Shown here piece by piece: positions 38,283-47,365 of a stretch of 64,000 bases of DNA. The number at the start of each line of letters is the position of its first letter. The stretch's first letter is position 1. Below the pieces are notes generated by a model. The model was given only the letters and a program-made list of their open reading frames with translations, was not told the DNA's origin and did no database searches. The translations under genes and the position numbers were made by a program. The DNA lies in contig CBDCWP010000004.1 of the NCBI GenBank assembly GCA_965223505.1, positions 1 through 64,000 of the forward strand. Direction: 5' to 3'. Source of the stretch: Planctomycetota bacterium. Lineage in GTDB: Bacteria > Planctomycetota > PLA2 > JAEUHO01.

Positions 38283-39013
38283 TGGCTGACGGCCCGCGCT
38301 GGAAGCGAGTGCTTCTGAAGGTCTCCGGGGAAGCGCTCTCGGACGACTCGGGCCGTGCGATCGAAGGCGGCGCCGTCGGCGCCCTGGCCGACGAGATCAT
38401 CGCGGCGCATCGCCTGGGCGTTCAGATCGCCGTCGTCAACGGCGGCGGCAACATCCTGCGCGGCGCGCAGACGCACATCGAGGGCATCGGCCGTGCGACG
38501 GCCGACACGATGGGCATGCTGGCCACCGTGATCAACGCGCTCGCGTTGCAGGACATGCTCGAGAGCAAGGGGGTCAAGACCCGCGTGCTCACGGCGATCA
38601 ACATGCACTCCGTCGCCGAGCCGTACATCCGGCGGCGCTGCGTGCGGCACCTGGAGAAGGGCCGCGTCATCATCCTGGCGGCGGGCACCGGCCATCCGTT
38701 CTTCAGCACGGACACGGCCGCGGCGCTGCGAGGCACCGAGATCGGCGCGGAGGTGATCCTCAAGGGCACGCAGGTGGACGGGGTCTACGACAAGGATCCG
38801 AAGAAGCACGACGACGCCGAGCGGTTCGACCGGATCTCGTTCGACGAGGCGGCGCGCCGGCGGCTTCAGATCATGGACCGTACGGCGTTCACCATCTGCG
38901 AGGAGAACGACGTTCCGATCGTGGTGTTCGACATGGGCGTCAAGGGCAACCTGGCGCGCTTGCTGTCCGGGGAATCCTTGGGAACGACCGTCGGCGGCAA
39001 GGCCACGGCGTAG
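38282..39013 (+). CDS. pyrH: UMP kinase
   Basis: RVLLKVSGEAL, GGGNILRG, GMLATVINAL, PFFSTDT. Confidence 0.97.
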   Translation: MADGPRWKRVLLKVSGEALSDDSGRAIEGGAVGALADEIIAAHRLGVQIAVVNGGGNILRGAQTHIEGIGRATADTMGMLATVINALALQDMLESKGVKTRVLTAINMHSVAEPYIRRRCVRHLEKGRVIILAAGTGHPFFSTDTAAALRGTEIGAEVILKGTQVDGVYDKDPKKHDDAERFDRISFDEAARRRLQIMDRTAFTICEENDVPIVVFDMGVKGNLARLLSGESLGTTVGGKATA

Positions 39014-39048
39014 AATCAGGGCCCCGTCCCGGGGCCGGAGTGGTGGTC

Positions 39049-39609
39049 ATGAGTGCAGACGAGATCCTGATGTCGACGGAAGAGCGAATGGAGGGCGCGA
39101 CGACGCACCTCGCGTCGGAGCTGAGCGGGCTGCGGTCCGGTCGCGCGAGTCCGGCGCTGGTCGACAAGCTGCAGGTCGACGCCTACGGCGCGAAGACGCC
39201 GCTGGGACAGCTGGGGCAGATCGGTTGTCCGGAGCCGCGGCAGATCCTGATCAAGCCGTACGACCCGTCGATCGTGAAGGAGATCGAGCGCGCCATCCAG
39301 TCGTCGGATCTCGGCTTGAACCCGAGCTCGGACGGCAAGGTGATTCGTCTGACGCTGCCACAGCTCTCGGAGGAGCGCCGCGCGCAGCTGGCCAAGCTCG
39401 TGAAGGAGCATGGCGAGAAGACGAACATCTCGATTCGCAACGTGCGCCGGGACGCGAACAAGGAAGCGGACGCGGCGAAGAACGACAAGGCGCTGACCGA
39501 GGACGATCTCGAGCGGGCGAAGAAGGACATCCAGGACTTGACCAAGAAGTACGAAGGCAAGGTCAAGGAGATGGTGGACAAGAAGATCGCCGAGCTGATG
39601 GAGGTTTGA
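39049..39609 (+). CDS. frr: Ribosome recycling factor
   Basis: LRSGRA, IKPYD, LGLNP, LSEERR, IRNVRRDAN. Confidence 0.97.
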   Translation: MSADEILMSTEERMEGATTHLASELSGLRSGRASPALVDKLQVDAYGAKTPLGQLGQIGCPEPRQILIKPYDPSIVKEIERAIQSSDLGLNPSSDGKVIRLTLPQLSEERRAQLAKLVKEHGEKTNISIRNVRRDANKEADAAKNDKALTEDDLERAKKDIQDLTKKYEGKVKEMVDKKIAELMEV

Positions 39610-39616
39610 CGTCGTC

Positions 39617-40158
39617 GGGGCAGCCCTTGTGTAGGGGCAGCCCTTGTGGCTGCCCAATTGGGCGACAGTCCGGTCCGAGGTGTCGTGCACGATCACGCGC
39701 ACGTTCACGTAACGGATCAAACGTAGGGGCAGCCCTCGTGGCTGCCCGAAATGGGCGACCACAAGGGTCGCCCCTACCAATTTGGGCGACCTGTAGGGGC
39801 AGCCCTTGTGGCTGCCCAATTGGGCGACAATCCGGTCCGAGGTGTCGTGCACGATCACGTTCACGTGCACGATCACGTAACGGATCAAACGTAGGAGCAT
39901 CCCTCGTGGCTGCCCGAAATGGGCGACCACAAGGGTCGCCCCTACCAATTTGGGCGACCTGTAGGGGCAGCCCTTGTGGCTGCCCAATTGGGCGACAATC
40001 CGGTCCGAGGTGTCGTGCACGATCACGTGCACGATCACGTTCACGCGCACGTTCACGTAACGGATCAAACGTAGGGGCAGCCCTCGTGGCTGCCCGAAAT
40101 GGGCGACCACAAGGGTCGCCCCTACCAATTGGGCGACCACAAGGGTCGCCCCCACCTA
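39617..40158. repeat. Tandem array of three composite REP/BIME-like units
   Basis: Units start at 39631, 39793 and 39961. Each is GTAG-REP + hexamer tract + GTAG-REP + inverted REP (GGGCGACCACAAGGGTCGCCCCTAC). Confidence 0.9.
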
Positions 40159-40175
40159 CCACGAGCGTTGTTGCC

Positions 40176-41108
40176 CTACCGCCGCCGCAACGGCGCGCGC
40201 AGCGCCCACGCCCTGAGCCACTGCCCGCTCTTGCGCTCGTAGCCGTAGTCACGCGTCAGCTGCTTCTCGAGATCCGGCATGTGCGCAGCGCCGTAGAAGA
40301 TCGCGATCCGGCCGTTCGTCTGATCGCGCACCTCGTCGAAGCGCTTCATCACGACCTCGTTGCGCTTGTCCAGAATCAACTCCGACATCTCCGGGAACAT
40401 GTCCAACGCACCCTCGATGTCGGTCGTCCCCAGAACGCGCGCGAACTCGCGCCGCGCCAGCGAACGCAGCACGTTCGGCTTCGACATCGTCTGGTCCATG
40501 AAGCCCTCGAACTGCCTCAACATGCTCTTCAACGCGCCGGTCAGCTCGCCGCGGCCGTCCCAGCTCTCCGACGGATTCGTCTCCAGGTTGATGAAGCGCC
40601 CGCCGCCCGCGTCCGCGAACTGCTCCAGACTCATGTCCGCGTGCACGAAGTTCTCGCGCGTGTAGTCGATGGCGTCGAGCTGGAACTTGAATCCGAACCA
40701 GCCCGCCATCTTGGCCTGGAACCGACGCGCCTCGACCTCGCTGTCCAGGCCGTTCTGGAACGCCTCGGCGTCCGCGTCTTCGGGCTTCACGCCCTCGTAG
40801 AGCACGATGTCGCACGTCGCGAGGTAGTCCTGGAGCTTCTGGAAGTACCCCTCGTCCGCGATGTGCACGACGCCGACCAGGTCGACCTTCGGACCGCCGC
40901 TCGGGTTCGCGTAGGTCGTGATCGCGATGTCGAGCCCGCCGCCGCGCGCGCTCGCGGGGCTGTAGCGGATGAACTCGCCCGCCTCCGGCACGTCATCGGG
41001 CTGGATGACGTTGACCTCCTCCGGCGGGACGACCTCCCATTCCCGGCGCTCCCCGCACGCGCAGAGCGCGATGAGGGGCAGGGTCAGCACGAGGGGGAGG
41101 AGGCGCAT
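40176..41108 (-). CDS. Putative lipoprotein, possibly TraB/GumN-like
   Basis: Lipobox-like LCAC; VDLVGVVHIAD, VLYEGV, RNEVV, IAIFYGAAHMPD. Confidence 0.65.
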   Translation of the reverse strand: MRLLPLVLTLPLIALCACGERREWEVVPPEEVNVIQPDDVPEAGEFIRYSPASARGGGLDIAITTYANPSGGPKVDLVGVVHIADEGYFQKLQDYLATCDIVLYEGVKPEDADAEAFQNGLDSEVEARRFQAKMAGWFGFKFQLDAIDYTRENFVHADMSLEQFADAGGGRFINLETNPSESWDGRGELTGALKSMLRQFEGFMDQTMSKPNVLRSLARREFARVLGTTDIEGALDMFPEMSELILDKRNEVVMKRFDEVRDQTNGRIAIFYGAAHMPDLEKQLTRDYGYERKSGQWLRAWALRAPLRRR

Positions 41109-41188
41109 CAGGGTTCATTCTCCCACTGATTCGGGGCACCGGCCACGTCCGCGTTTCGCGGCTGTTCGCGCAGTACCCTTTGGACGAC

Positions 41189-41737
41189 GTGAGCGACGAC
41201 GACCGAGAGCGCTGGGACGCGAGGTACCGGGACCGCGGGCCCACACCCATGGCGCCGACGCCGTTCCTGACCGGCAACCGTCATCTGCTGCCCGACGCCG
41301 GGCGCGCCCTCGACGTCGCCGGGGGCGCGGGCCGCCAGGCCGCCTGGCTCGTCGCGCAGGGGTTCGACGTCACCCTTGTCGACTTTTCCCCGGTGGGCCT
41401 TGATCTGGCCCGGGCGGCCCACGGGGTCGCCACCGTCTGCGCCGATCTCGAGCGCGAGCCGCTGCCAGAGGGCCCGTGGGACCTCGTCGTCCAGGTGCAC
41501 TACCTGCACCGGCCGCTGTTCGCGCAGTACCCGCGGATCCTGCGGCCCGGCGGCGTGCTGCTCTTCGAGCACCCCACGCGCACGAACCTGCGGCGCAACC
41601 CGAAGCCGTCCGAGCGCTTCCTGCTCGAGGACGGGGAGCTGCCGTCGCTGATCCAGGGGCTCGAGGTCGTGCACTACGGCGAAGGCTGGAACGCCACCGG
41701 GCGGCACGAGGCCCGCCTGATCGCGGTCAACCCTTGA
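41189..41737 (+). CDS. Class I SAM-dependent methyltransferase (TehB-like)
   Basis: RWDARY, ALDVAGGAGR, VDFS, FLLEDGEL. Confidence 0.88.
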   Translation: MSDDDRERWDARYRDRGPTPMAPTPFLTGNRHLLPDAGRALDVAGGAGRQAAWLVAQGFDVTLVDFSPVGLDLARAAHGVATVCADLEREPLPEGPWDLVVQVHYLHRPLFAQYPRILRPGGVLLFEHPTRTNLRRNPKPSERFLLEDGELPSLIQGLEVVHYGEGWNATGRHEARLIAVNP

Positions 41738-42956
41738 CGCAGACGACCTGACGCAGCGTGTGGACGATCGACACCAGGTCGCGCTGGGCGCGCATGACGT
41801 CGTCGATCGACTTGTACGCGGCCGGCGTCTCGTCGATCACGCCGATGTCCTTGCGGCACTCGACGCCGCGCGTGGCCTTCTCGTGGTCCGCGAGCGTGAA
41901 GCGCTTGCGCGCCGCCGTGCGCGACATCGTGCGGCCCGCGCCGTGCGAGCAGCTCTCGAAGCTCTCCGGGTTGCCCTTGCCGCGCACGATGTACGAGCGC
42001 GCACCCATGCTGCCCGGAATGATGCCGAGGTCGTCCTTGCCCGCCCGCACCGCGCCCTTGCGGGTCAGCCACACGTCCTTGCCGTAGTGGCGCTCGCGCT
42101 GCACGTAGTTGTGATGGCAGTTGACCGCTTCCGCCTCCATGCGGAACGGCTTGATGCCCTTCACGCGGGCGACGGCCTCGACCACCGCGTCCATCATCAG
42201 ATCGCGGTTCACGCGCGCGAAGCGCTGCGCCCAACCGACGGCCTCGACGTAGTCGTCGAACGAGGTCGTGCCTTCCTGCAGGTACGCGAGGTCCTTGTCC
42301 GGCAGTCGCATGTCCAGGCGCTCCATCTCCTTCTTGGCGAGCGAGATGAAGTGCTGGCCGATGCGGTTGCCCACGCCGCGCGAGCCGCTGTGCAGCATGA
42401 ACCACACGCGGTCTTCCTCGTCGAGGCAGACCTCGATGAAGTGGTTGCCGGTGCCGAGCGTGCCGAGCTGGCGTTCGGTCTGGCCGCGGTCCAGGCGCGG
42501 GTACTTGGCGAGGATGCCCTCGTAGCCGGGCCGCAGCCGCTTCCAGGCTTTCTCGTGGGGGGCGGGGAGGTCGCGGAAGGCGCCCTTGTCGTTGCGGCCG
42601 CCGTGGTGGGTGCGCCCGTGGGGGACGGCGCGTTCGATGGCCGTACGAACGCCCTTGAGGTCGTCCGGCAGGTCCGCGGCGTCGAGCGTGGTACGGGCCG
42701 CGATCATGCCGCAGCCGATGTCGACGCCGACGGCGGCAGGGATGATGGCCTTGTCCGTGGGGATGACGCTGCCGACGGTGGCGCCGTAACCGAGGTGCAC
42801 GTCGGGCATGGCCGCGACCCAGCGGTGGATGAACGGCAGGCTGGCGACGTTTTCGAGCTGCTTGCGGGCGGCGTCTTCGAGCGGCACGCCGCGGGTCCAG
42901 CTCTTGATGGGAACGCCGTCGGTCGGATTCAGGATGTAGGCCGTACGCTTGGCCAT
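41727..42956 (-). CDS. rtcB: RNA ligase RtcB
   Basis: MPDVH, GVDIGCG, LGTLGTGNHFIE, HSGSRG, HHNY, RKGA, PGSMG, SHGAGR, DETPAAYK. Confidence 0.96.
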   Translation of the reverse strand: MAKRTAYILNPTDGVPIKSWTRGVPLEDAARKQLENVASLPFIHRWVAAMPDVHLGYGATVGSVIPTDKAIIPAAVGVDIGCGMIAARTTLDAADLPDDLKGVRTAIERAVPHGRTHHGGRNDKGAFRDLPAPHEKAWKRLRPGYEGILAKYPRLDRGQTERQLGTLGTGNHFIEVCLDEEDRVWFMLHSGSRGVGNRIGQHFISLAKKEMERLDMRLPDKDLAYLQEGTTSFDDYVEAVGWAQRFARVNRDLMMDAVVEAVARVKGIKPFRMEAEAVNCHHNYVQRERHYGKDVWLTRKGAVRAGKDDLGIIPGSMGARSYIVRGKGNPESFESCSHGAGRTMSRTAARKRFTLADHEKATRGVECRKDIGVIDETPAAYKSIDDVMRAQRDLVSIVHTLRQVVCVKG

Positions 42957-43076
42957 GATGTCTCCGGTGCAAACACGTCGGACGACGGCGCGGCACCTCA
43001 AGTTCCGTCCATCGTACGTCGGGGCGCGGTCCTCATCTCCGAGCCCGTACCCAGCGGGCGGGGCCGCGCCCGGCGC

Positions 43077-44414
43077 CTACGCCCCGGAGAACTGCACGCC
43101 CTCGAACGCCATCGTCGGCACGCGCATGGCCGAGCACGGATACGGATCGTTGCCGACGTGCAGCAGCCGCCCGAGCATCCGGAGGTAGTTGCCCGTGATG
43201 TTCATCTCGCCCACGGCTTCGCCGAGCTCGCCGTCCACGATGCGGTTGCCGCGAATGCCGAACGAGAAGTCGCCCGTCGTCGCGTCGGCGTTCCCGCCGG
43301 CCCAGTTGGTCACGTAGATGCCGTTGCCCACCGCCGCGAGGATGCCGTCGCGGTCGTGCTCGCCGTGCGCGAAGACCAGATTCGACGCCGAGCCGCTGGT
43401 CGGCTCCCAGCCGAGCTTGCGGCCGTAGTAGGTGTCGACGTAGAAGCTCTTCAGCACCCCGTTTTCGATCACGGCCCGCGGCCTGGCTGCGATGCCCTCG
43501 CCGTCGTAGTGATGCGAGCCCAGCCCGCGCGCGATCAACGGTTCATCGGTGATCGTGAGAAGCGCGGGCGCGATCGTCTGGTCGCGCTGCTTTTCGAGGA
43601 AGGAGCGGCCCTGCTGGATCGAGGACGCCGTGAGCGCGCCGAAGATGCGCCCGAGAAACGACGCGCCTGCTTCGCGGTCGACGACCATCGTGAAGCGGCC
43701 GGACGCGCCCTTGACCGCGCCGATGCGCCCGATCGCGCGCGCGAGCGCCTCCCGGGCGATCGCATCGTGGCTGCGCATGTCCTCGAGGTGCCGGGCGCAG
43801 CCGTAGTCGTAGGCCTCGGGGCGCTTGTCTCCCTCCCCTTGCACGGTGACCTCGGTGTACGCCGAAATGCGCGTGCCGGCACGCGCGCCGCGAAATCCGT
43901 TCGAGCTCACGCGCGCGGACGCGCCCGCGCCCATGGCGAGATGACTCGTCGCGCTGATGACGCGCTCGTCGGTGTGCGACGCGGCGTCCATCTTCGACAG
44001 CCACTCGATGCAGCGGTCGCGGTCCAGCGCTTCGACGGCGGGATCGAAGAGATCGAGGTCGACGTCCGAGCGGCCTTCGTACAGCGCCGGATCGGGGATC
44101 GTTCGATACGGATCCGGCTCCAACGCGCGGGTCAGCTTGACCGCCTCGCGCAGGAACGGCTTGAGCACCGACGGACGCAGGTCGTTGCTCTGATGCGCCG
44201 AGTACCGTCCGTCCACGTAGAGCTGCACGCCCAGCATGCGACTCGCGCTCTCCTGGACGCGCTCGATCTGGCCGTCGCGGTACGAGTACTCCGTCGAGCG
44301 GCCCGTGCTGACGCCGGTGACCACGTCGTCCGCGCCCGCCGCGAGGGCGAGGGCGAGCGCCTGCTCGGCGTCGTCGAGCAGCTCGGTCTCCGTGGCCTGG
44401 TCCGTCGCCGGCAT
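43077..44414 (-). CDS. tldE: TldE/PmbA family protein
   Basis: DGEG, NADATTGDFSFG, EMNITGN; no HExxxH; coupled to tldD. Confidence 0.9.
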   Translation of the reverse strand: MPATDQATETELLDDAEQALALALAAGADDVVTGVSTGRSTEYSYRDGQIERVQESASRMLGVQLYVDGRYSAHQSNDLRPSVLKPFLREAVKLTRALEPDPYRTIPDPALYEGRSDVDLDLFDPAVEALDRDRCIEWLSKMDAASHTDERVISATSHLAMGAGASARVSSNGFRGARAGTRISAYTEVTVQGEGDKRPEAYDYGCARHLEDMRSHDAIAREALARAIGRIGAVKGASGRFTMVVDREAGASFLGRIFGALTASSIQQGRSFLEKQRDQTIAPALLTITDEPLIARGLGSHHYDGEGIAARPRAVIENGVLKSFYVDTYYGRKLGWEPTSGSASNLVFAHGEHDRDGILAAVGNGIYVTNWAGGNADATTGDFSFGIRGNRIVDGELGEAVGEMNITGNYLRMLGRLLHVGNDPYPCSAMRVPTMAFEGVQFSGA

Positions 44415-45847
44415 CAGTCCTGCCCTCCGACGGTGAGCTGCTTGACGAGCACGGACGGGATGCCCTGGCTCACCGGAACCCCCTGGCCGTCCTTGCCGCA
44501 GGTCCAGCCACCCGAGTCGAGCTTGGCGTCGTTCGCGGCCATGGTGATGTCGCGCAGGGCATCGGGGCCGTTGCCGATGATGTTCACGTTGGCGATGGGG
44601 GAGGTGATCTTGCCGTCCTCGATCAGCCAACCGTTCTTCACGAAGAAGGTGAAGTCGCCGGCGCCGATCTGCACCTGTCCGTTCGTGAACGTCTCGGCGA
44701 CGATGCCTCGGTCGACCGACGCGATGATCTCGTCGTAGCTGTGGGGCCCGTTCTCCATGAACGTGCAGCGCATGCGCGGCATGGGGACGTGACGGAAGCT
44801 CTCGCGGCGCCCGGAGCCGGTCGGCTCGATGCCGTATTGCTTGGCGCTGATGCGGTCGTGCATGTAGCTGCGCAGGACGCCGTCCTCGATGAGAACCGTG
44901 CGCTCGACCGCGTTGCCTTCGTCGTCGACGTTGATCGAGCCGCGCTCGTGTTCGAGCGTGCCGTCGTCGACCACGGTCACGAAGTCGGGCGCGACCTTCT
45001 GGTCCATCATGGTCGAGTAGATCGATACGTTCTTGCGGTTGAAGTCGGCTTCGAGCCCGTGGCCGATGGCTTCGTGCAGCAGGATGCCGGATGCGCCGGC
45101 GGCCAGCACGACGGGCATCTCACCCGCGGGCGGCTTGCGCGCGTCGAACAGGATCATCGTGCGCTTGACCGCGTCCTCGACCAGATCGCGCAGCCGCTCG
45201 TCGGTGAACCACTCGATGCCGTCGCGGCGAACCAGGCTGGCCATGCCGGTCTGGCGTTCGTCGTTCTTCGTCGCATTGACGACGCAGTGCAGGCCCGCCA
45301 TGGGGCGACGATCGGTGAAGATCGCGCCCTCGCTCGTGGCGATGAGCACGCGGTCGTCGCTGTCGAACCAACCCGTCGAGACCTTGTCGACGGCGGGCTC
45401 GAGCGCGCGTGCCAGCTCGTCGATCCGGCGCAACAGCGGCAGCTTCTCCTCGACCGCGACGTCTTCGACGTTGCGCTGGACGGCGTAGTAGTCCGGCAGG
45501 CTGCGCACCTCGATCGCCTGCGGGGCGACCTTGGCGTTGCCGGCGGCGATGGAGGCCGCGGTGCGCGCCGCGCGGCATAGCGCCTCGACGTCGAGGTCTT
45601 CGCTGTAGGCGTAGCCGGTTTGGTCGCCGATGACGACGCGGACGCCGGCGCCCTGGTCGACGCTCGAGGAGCCGCGGCTGACGATGCCGTCCTCCATGCC
45701 GATCGACGTCGAGTGTTGGTGCTGGAAGTAGACGTCGGCGAAGTCGGCGCCGCGCTCCATGGCGGCGGCGAGGACGCGGCGAAGGAGCGGTTCGTCGATG
45801 CCGAACCAGGTGGCGAACGGGTTGTCTGTCAGTGCGGCGGTCGTCAT
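44414..45847 (-). CDS. tldD: TldD metalloprotease
   Basis: GILLHEAIGHGLEADFNRK, DDEG, GSGRRES, PMPRM, CGKDGQGVPV. Confidence 0.96.
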   Translation of the reverse strand: MTTAALTDNPFATWFGIDEPLLRRVLAAAMERGADFADVYFQHQHSTSIGMEDGIVSRGSSSVDQGAGVRVVIGDQTGYAYSEDLDVEALCRAARTAASIAAGNAKVAPQAIEVRSLPDYYAVQRNVEDVAVEEKLPLLRRIDELARALEPAVDKVSTGWFDSDDRVLIATSEGAIFTDRRPMAGLHCVVNATKNDERQTGMASLVRRDGIEWFTDERLRDLVEDAVKRTMILFDARKPPAGEMPVVLAAGASGILLHEAIGHGLEADFNRKNVSIYSTMMDQKVAPDFVTVVDDGTLEHERGSINVDDEGNAVERTVLIEDGVLRSYMHDRISAKQYGIEPTGSGRRESFRHVPMPRMRCTFMENGPHSYDEIIASVDRGIVAETFTNGQVQIGAGDFTFFVKNGWLIEDGKITSPIANVNIIGNGPDALRDITMAANDAKLDSGGWTCGKDGQGVPVSQGIPSVLVKQLTVGGQD

Positions 45848-45916
45848 GGGGAGCAGAGTCTGACAGGGGCTGCGGAGGCTGCCGAACATTCCCGGAAGGC
45901 GCCGCGCCTGATCCCG

Positions 45917-47365
45917 TCAGGTTCGCGCGCCCTGCGGCAGCTCACGGACGTATCGTCGGTAGGTCGCCAGCCAGCGCTCGGGATGGCGCAAGGGATGCAC
46001 GTATTCGAGCAGCGCGCCCGGCAGGTCGAACGCCAGGCGGTCCGGAATCGCGTTCCACACACGACAGCGACCGAAGGTCAGTGTCGCCGACGACACCTCG
46101 CATCGGAGGAACGCGAGAAGATCGCGCGCCCAACACTCGAACACGGCGACGTAGTCGCTGACGGGATCGCCCGAGTCCACGGCGACGAACGTAGAGCGCT
46201 GCGGTTCGTACGCGTATACGAATGCGCCGTCGTCCTCCCCGTCGCGCAGCGCCAGGGCGAAGGTCGGGCGCGTCTGCGCGTCGTCCAGCGCCCCGAGCGA
46301 GTACAGGTCCTTGAAGAGGTCCCTTCCATACAGGTGCGCCGCCAACGAGCGCAGCTCGACGTCGAGGGCGTCGAGCTCCTCGTCCGAGAGCGACGCCTGC
46401 GAGGTCGCCGCGTCGTAGTCTTCGAGCCACTCGACGTCGCCGACGAACGTCCGCGCGGGCCACTCGTCCTCGGGCGAAGCGGACAGGAACGGTGTGCCGT
46501 GCGCCTGCTCGACCAACTCACCGTCTATCATCACATACGTGTCGCCGGGCCGAGGCCAACACACACGGTTCGCGGGCAGGAGCGGCTCGAGCGCGAGGGC
46601 GTGCGCGCGCCCGTCCGTCGTGAAGGCATTTCCGTTGAGCCAGGCCCGATCGCCCCCGAAGCAGAATCCGCCGCCGACGACGGCCCAGGCGGCCGGCATT
46701 CGGTGGTTCGCATCGAGCCACTCGCAGATCCCGATGGCGCTTTGCACGAACGTTGCGATCTCTTCCGGATGCGGTCCGCTCCAGCTCGTGAGGAAGTGCC
46801 ACTCGCTCCAGTTGTTGGTCTGCCCCCAGACTCCGACGCGGTCGACGCGGGCACGGACCCGCTCGAGCATGTCTTGCGTCGCCGGCATGTCCACGCTGGT
46901 GAAGAAGCTGCCGTGCCCGGCCAGGTCACGTACCAGATACGGCAGGACGTCCCACTCTTCGATGATGGCGTCGCGGCGCTGATCGGCGGACATCGGCAGG
47001 AACTCGAGGCCGCCGACCGTCACGCCCTCGTCCGGGTTCAGCAGACGGACGCCGAATCCCATCTCCGCCAGGATCGTCCGCATGGCGACAGAGGAGCGCG
47101 ACGACATGTAGATGGGCACCGAGCGGTCCAGGCAGTGGAGCGAGGCCAGGTCGAAGTGCCCTTCGTGTTCGTGCGTGAGCATGACCGCGTCGAGAGCCGG
47201 GAGCGCCGATACGTCGACGCGGCGGGGCGGAAACACGCGCAGGCCGACCGCGGGCGTCAGTCCGAACGCGTCGTGCAAGAGGGGATCGACGAGGATCCGC
47301 GCATCAGCGGCCTCGAACAGCCAGCCGTGGTGGCCGAGCGCGGTCATGCGAAAGGCGTCGTTCAT
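45917..47365 (-). CDS. MBL-fold metalloenzyme paralog 1 (putative peptide-modifying enzyme)
   Basis: LGHHGW, LVDPLL, THEHEGHFD, EEWD, C-terminal ECWARDLL/YVHPLR domain. Confidence 0.8.
   Translation of the reverse strand: MNDAFRMTALGHHGWLFEAADARILVDPLLHDAFGLTPAVGLRVFPPRRVDVSALPALDAVMLTHEHEGHFDLASLHCLDRSVPIYMSSRSSVAMRTILAEMGFGVRLLNPDEGVTVGGLEFLPMSADQRRDAIIEEWDVLPYLVRDLAGHGSFFTSVDMPATQDMLERVRARVDRVGVWGQTNNWSEWHFLTSWSGPHPEEIATFVQSAIGICEWLDANHRMPAAWAVVGGGFCFGGDRAWLNGNAFTTDGRAHALALEPLLPANRVCWPRPGDTYVMIDGELVEQAHGTPFLSASPEDEWPARTFVGDVEWLEDYDAATSQASLSDEELDALDVELRSLAAHLYGRDLFKDLYSLGALDDAQTRPTFALALRDGEDDGAFVYAYEPQRSTFVAVDSGDPVSDYVAVFECWARDLLAFLRCEVSSATLTFGRCRVWNAIPDRLAFDLPGALLEYVHPLRHPERWLATYRRYVRELPQGART

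Noticed and set aside
39617..40158. Possible CRISPR array
   Set aside because: The intervening sequences are near-identical rather than unique spacers, repeats occur in both orientations, and no cas genes are present. It fits REP/BIME elements.
39016..40252. Repeat-containing ORFs 39016..40155 and 39563..40252 (and 21218..21772)
   Set aside because: These are translations of the REP array, antisense frr or tRNA sequence, with no protein-like features.
42957..43076. Sigma-54/RtcR promoter for rtcB
   Set aside because: No GG-N10-GC consensus on the minus strand, and no rtcR or rtcA nearby.
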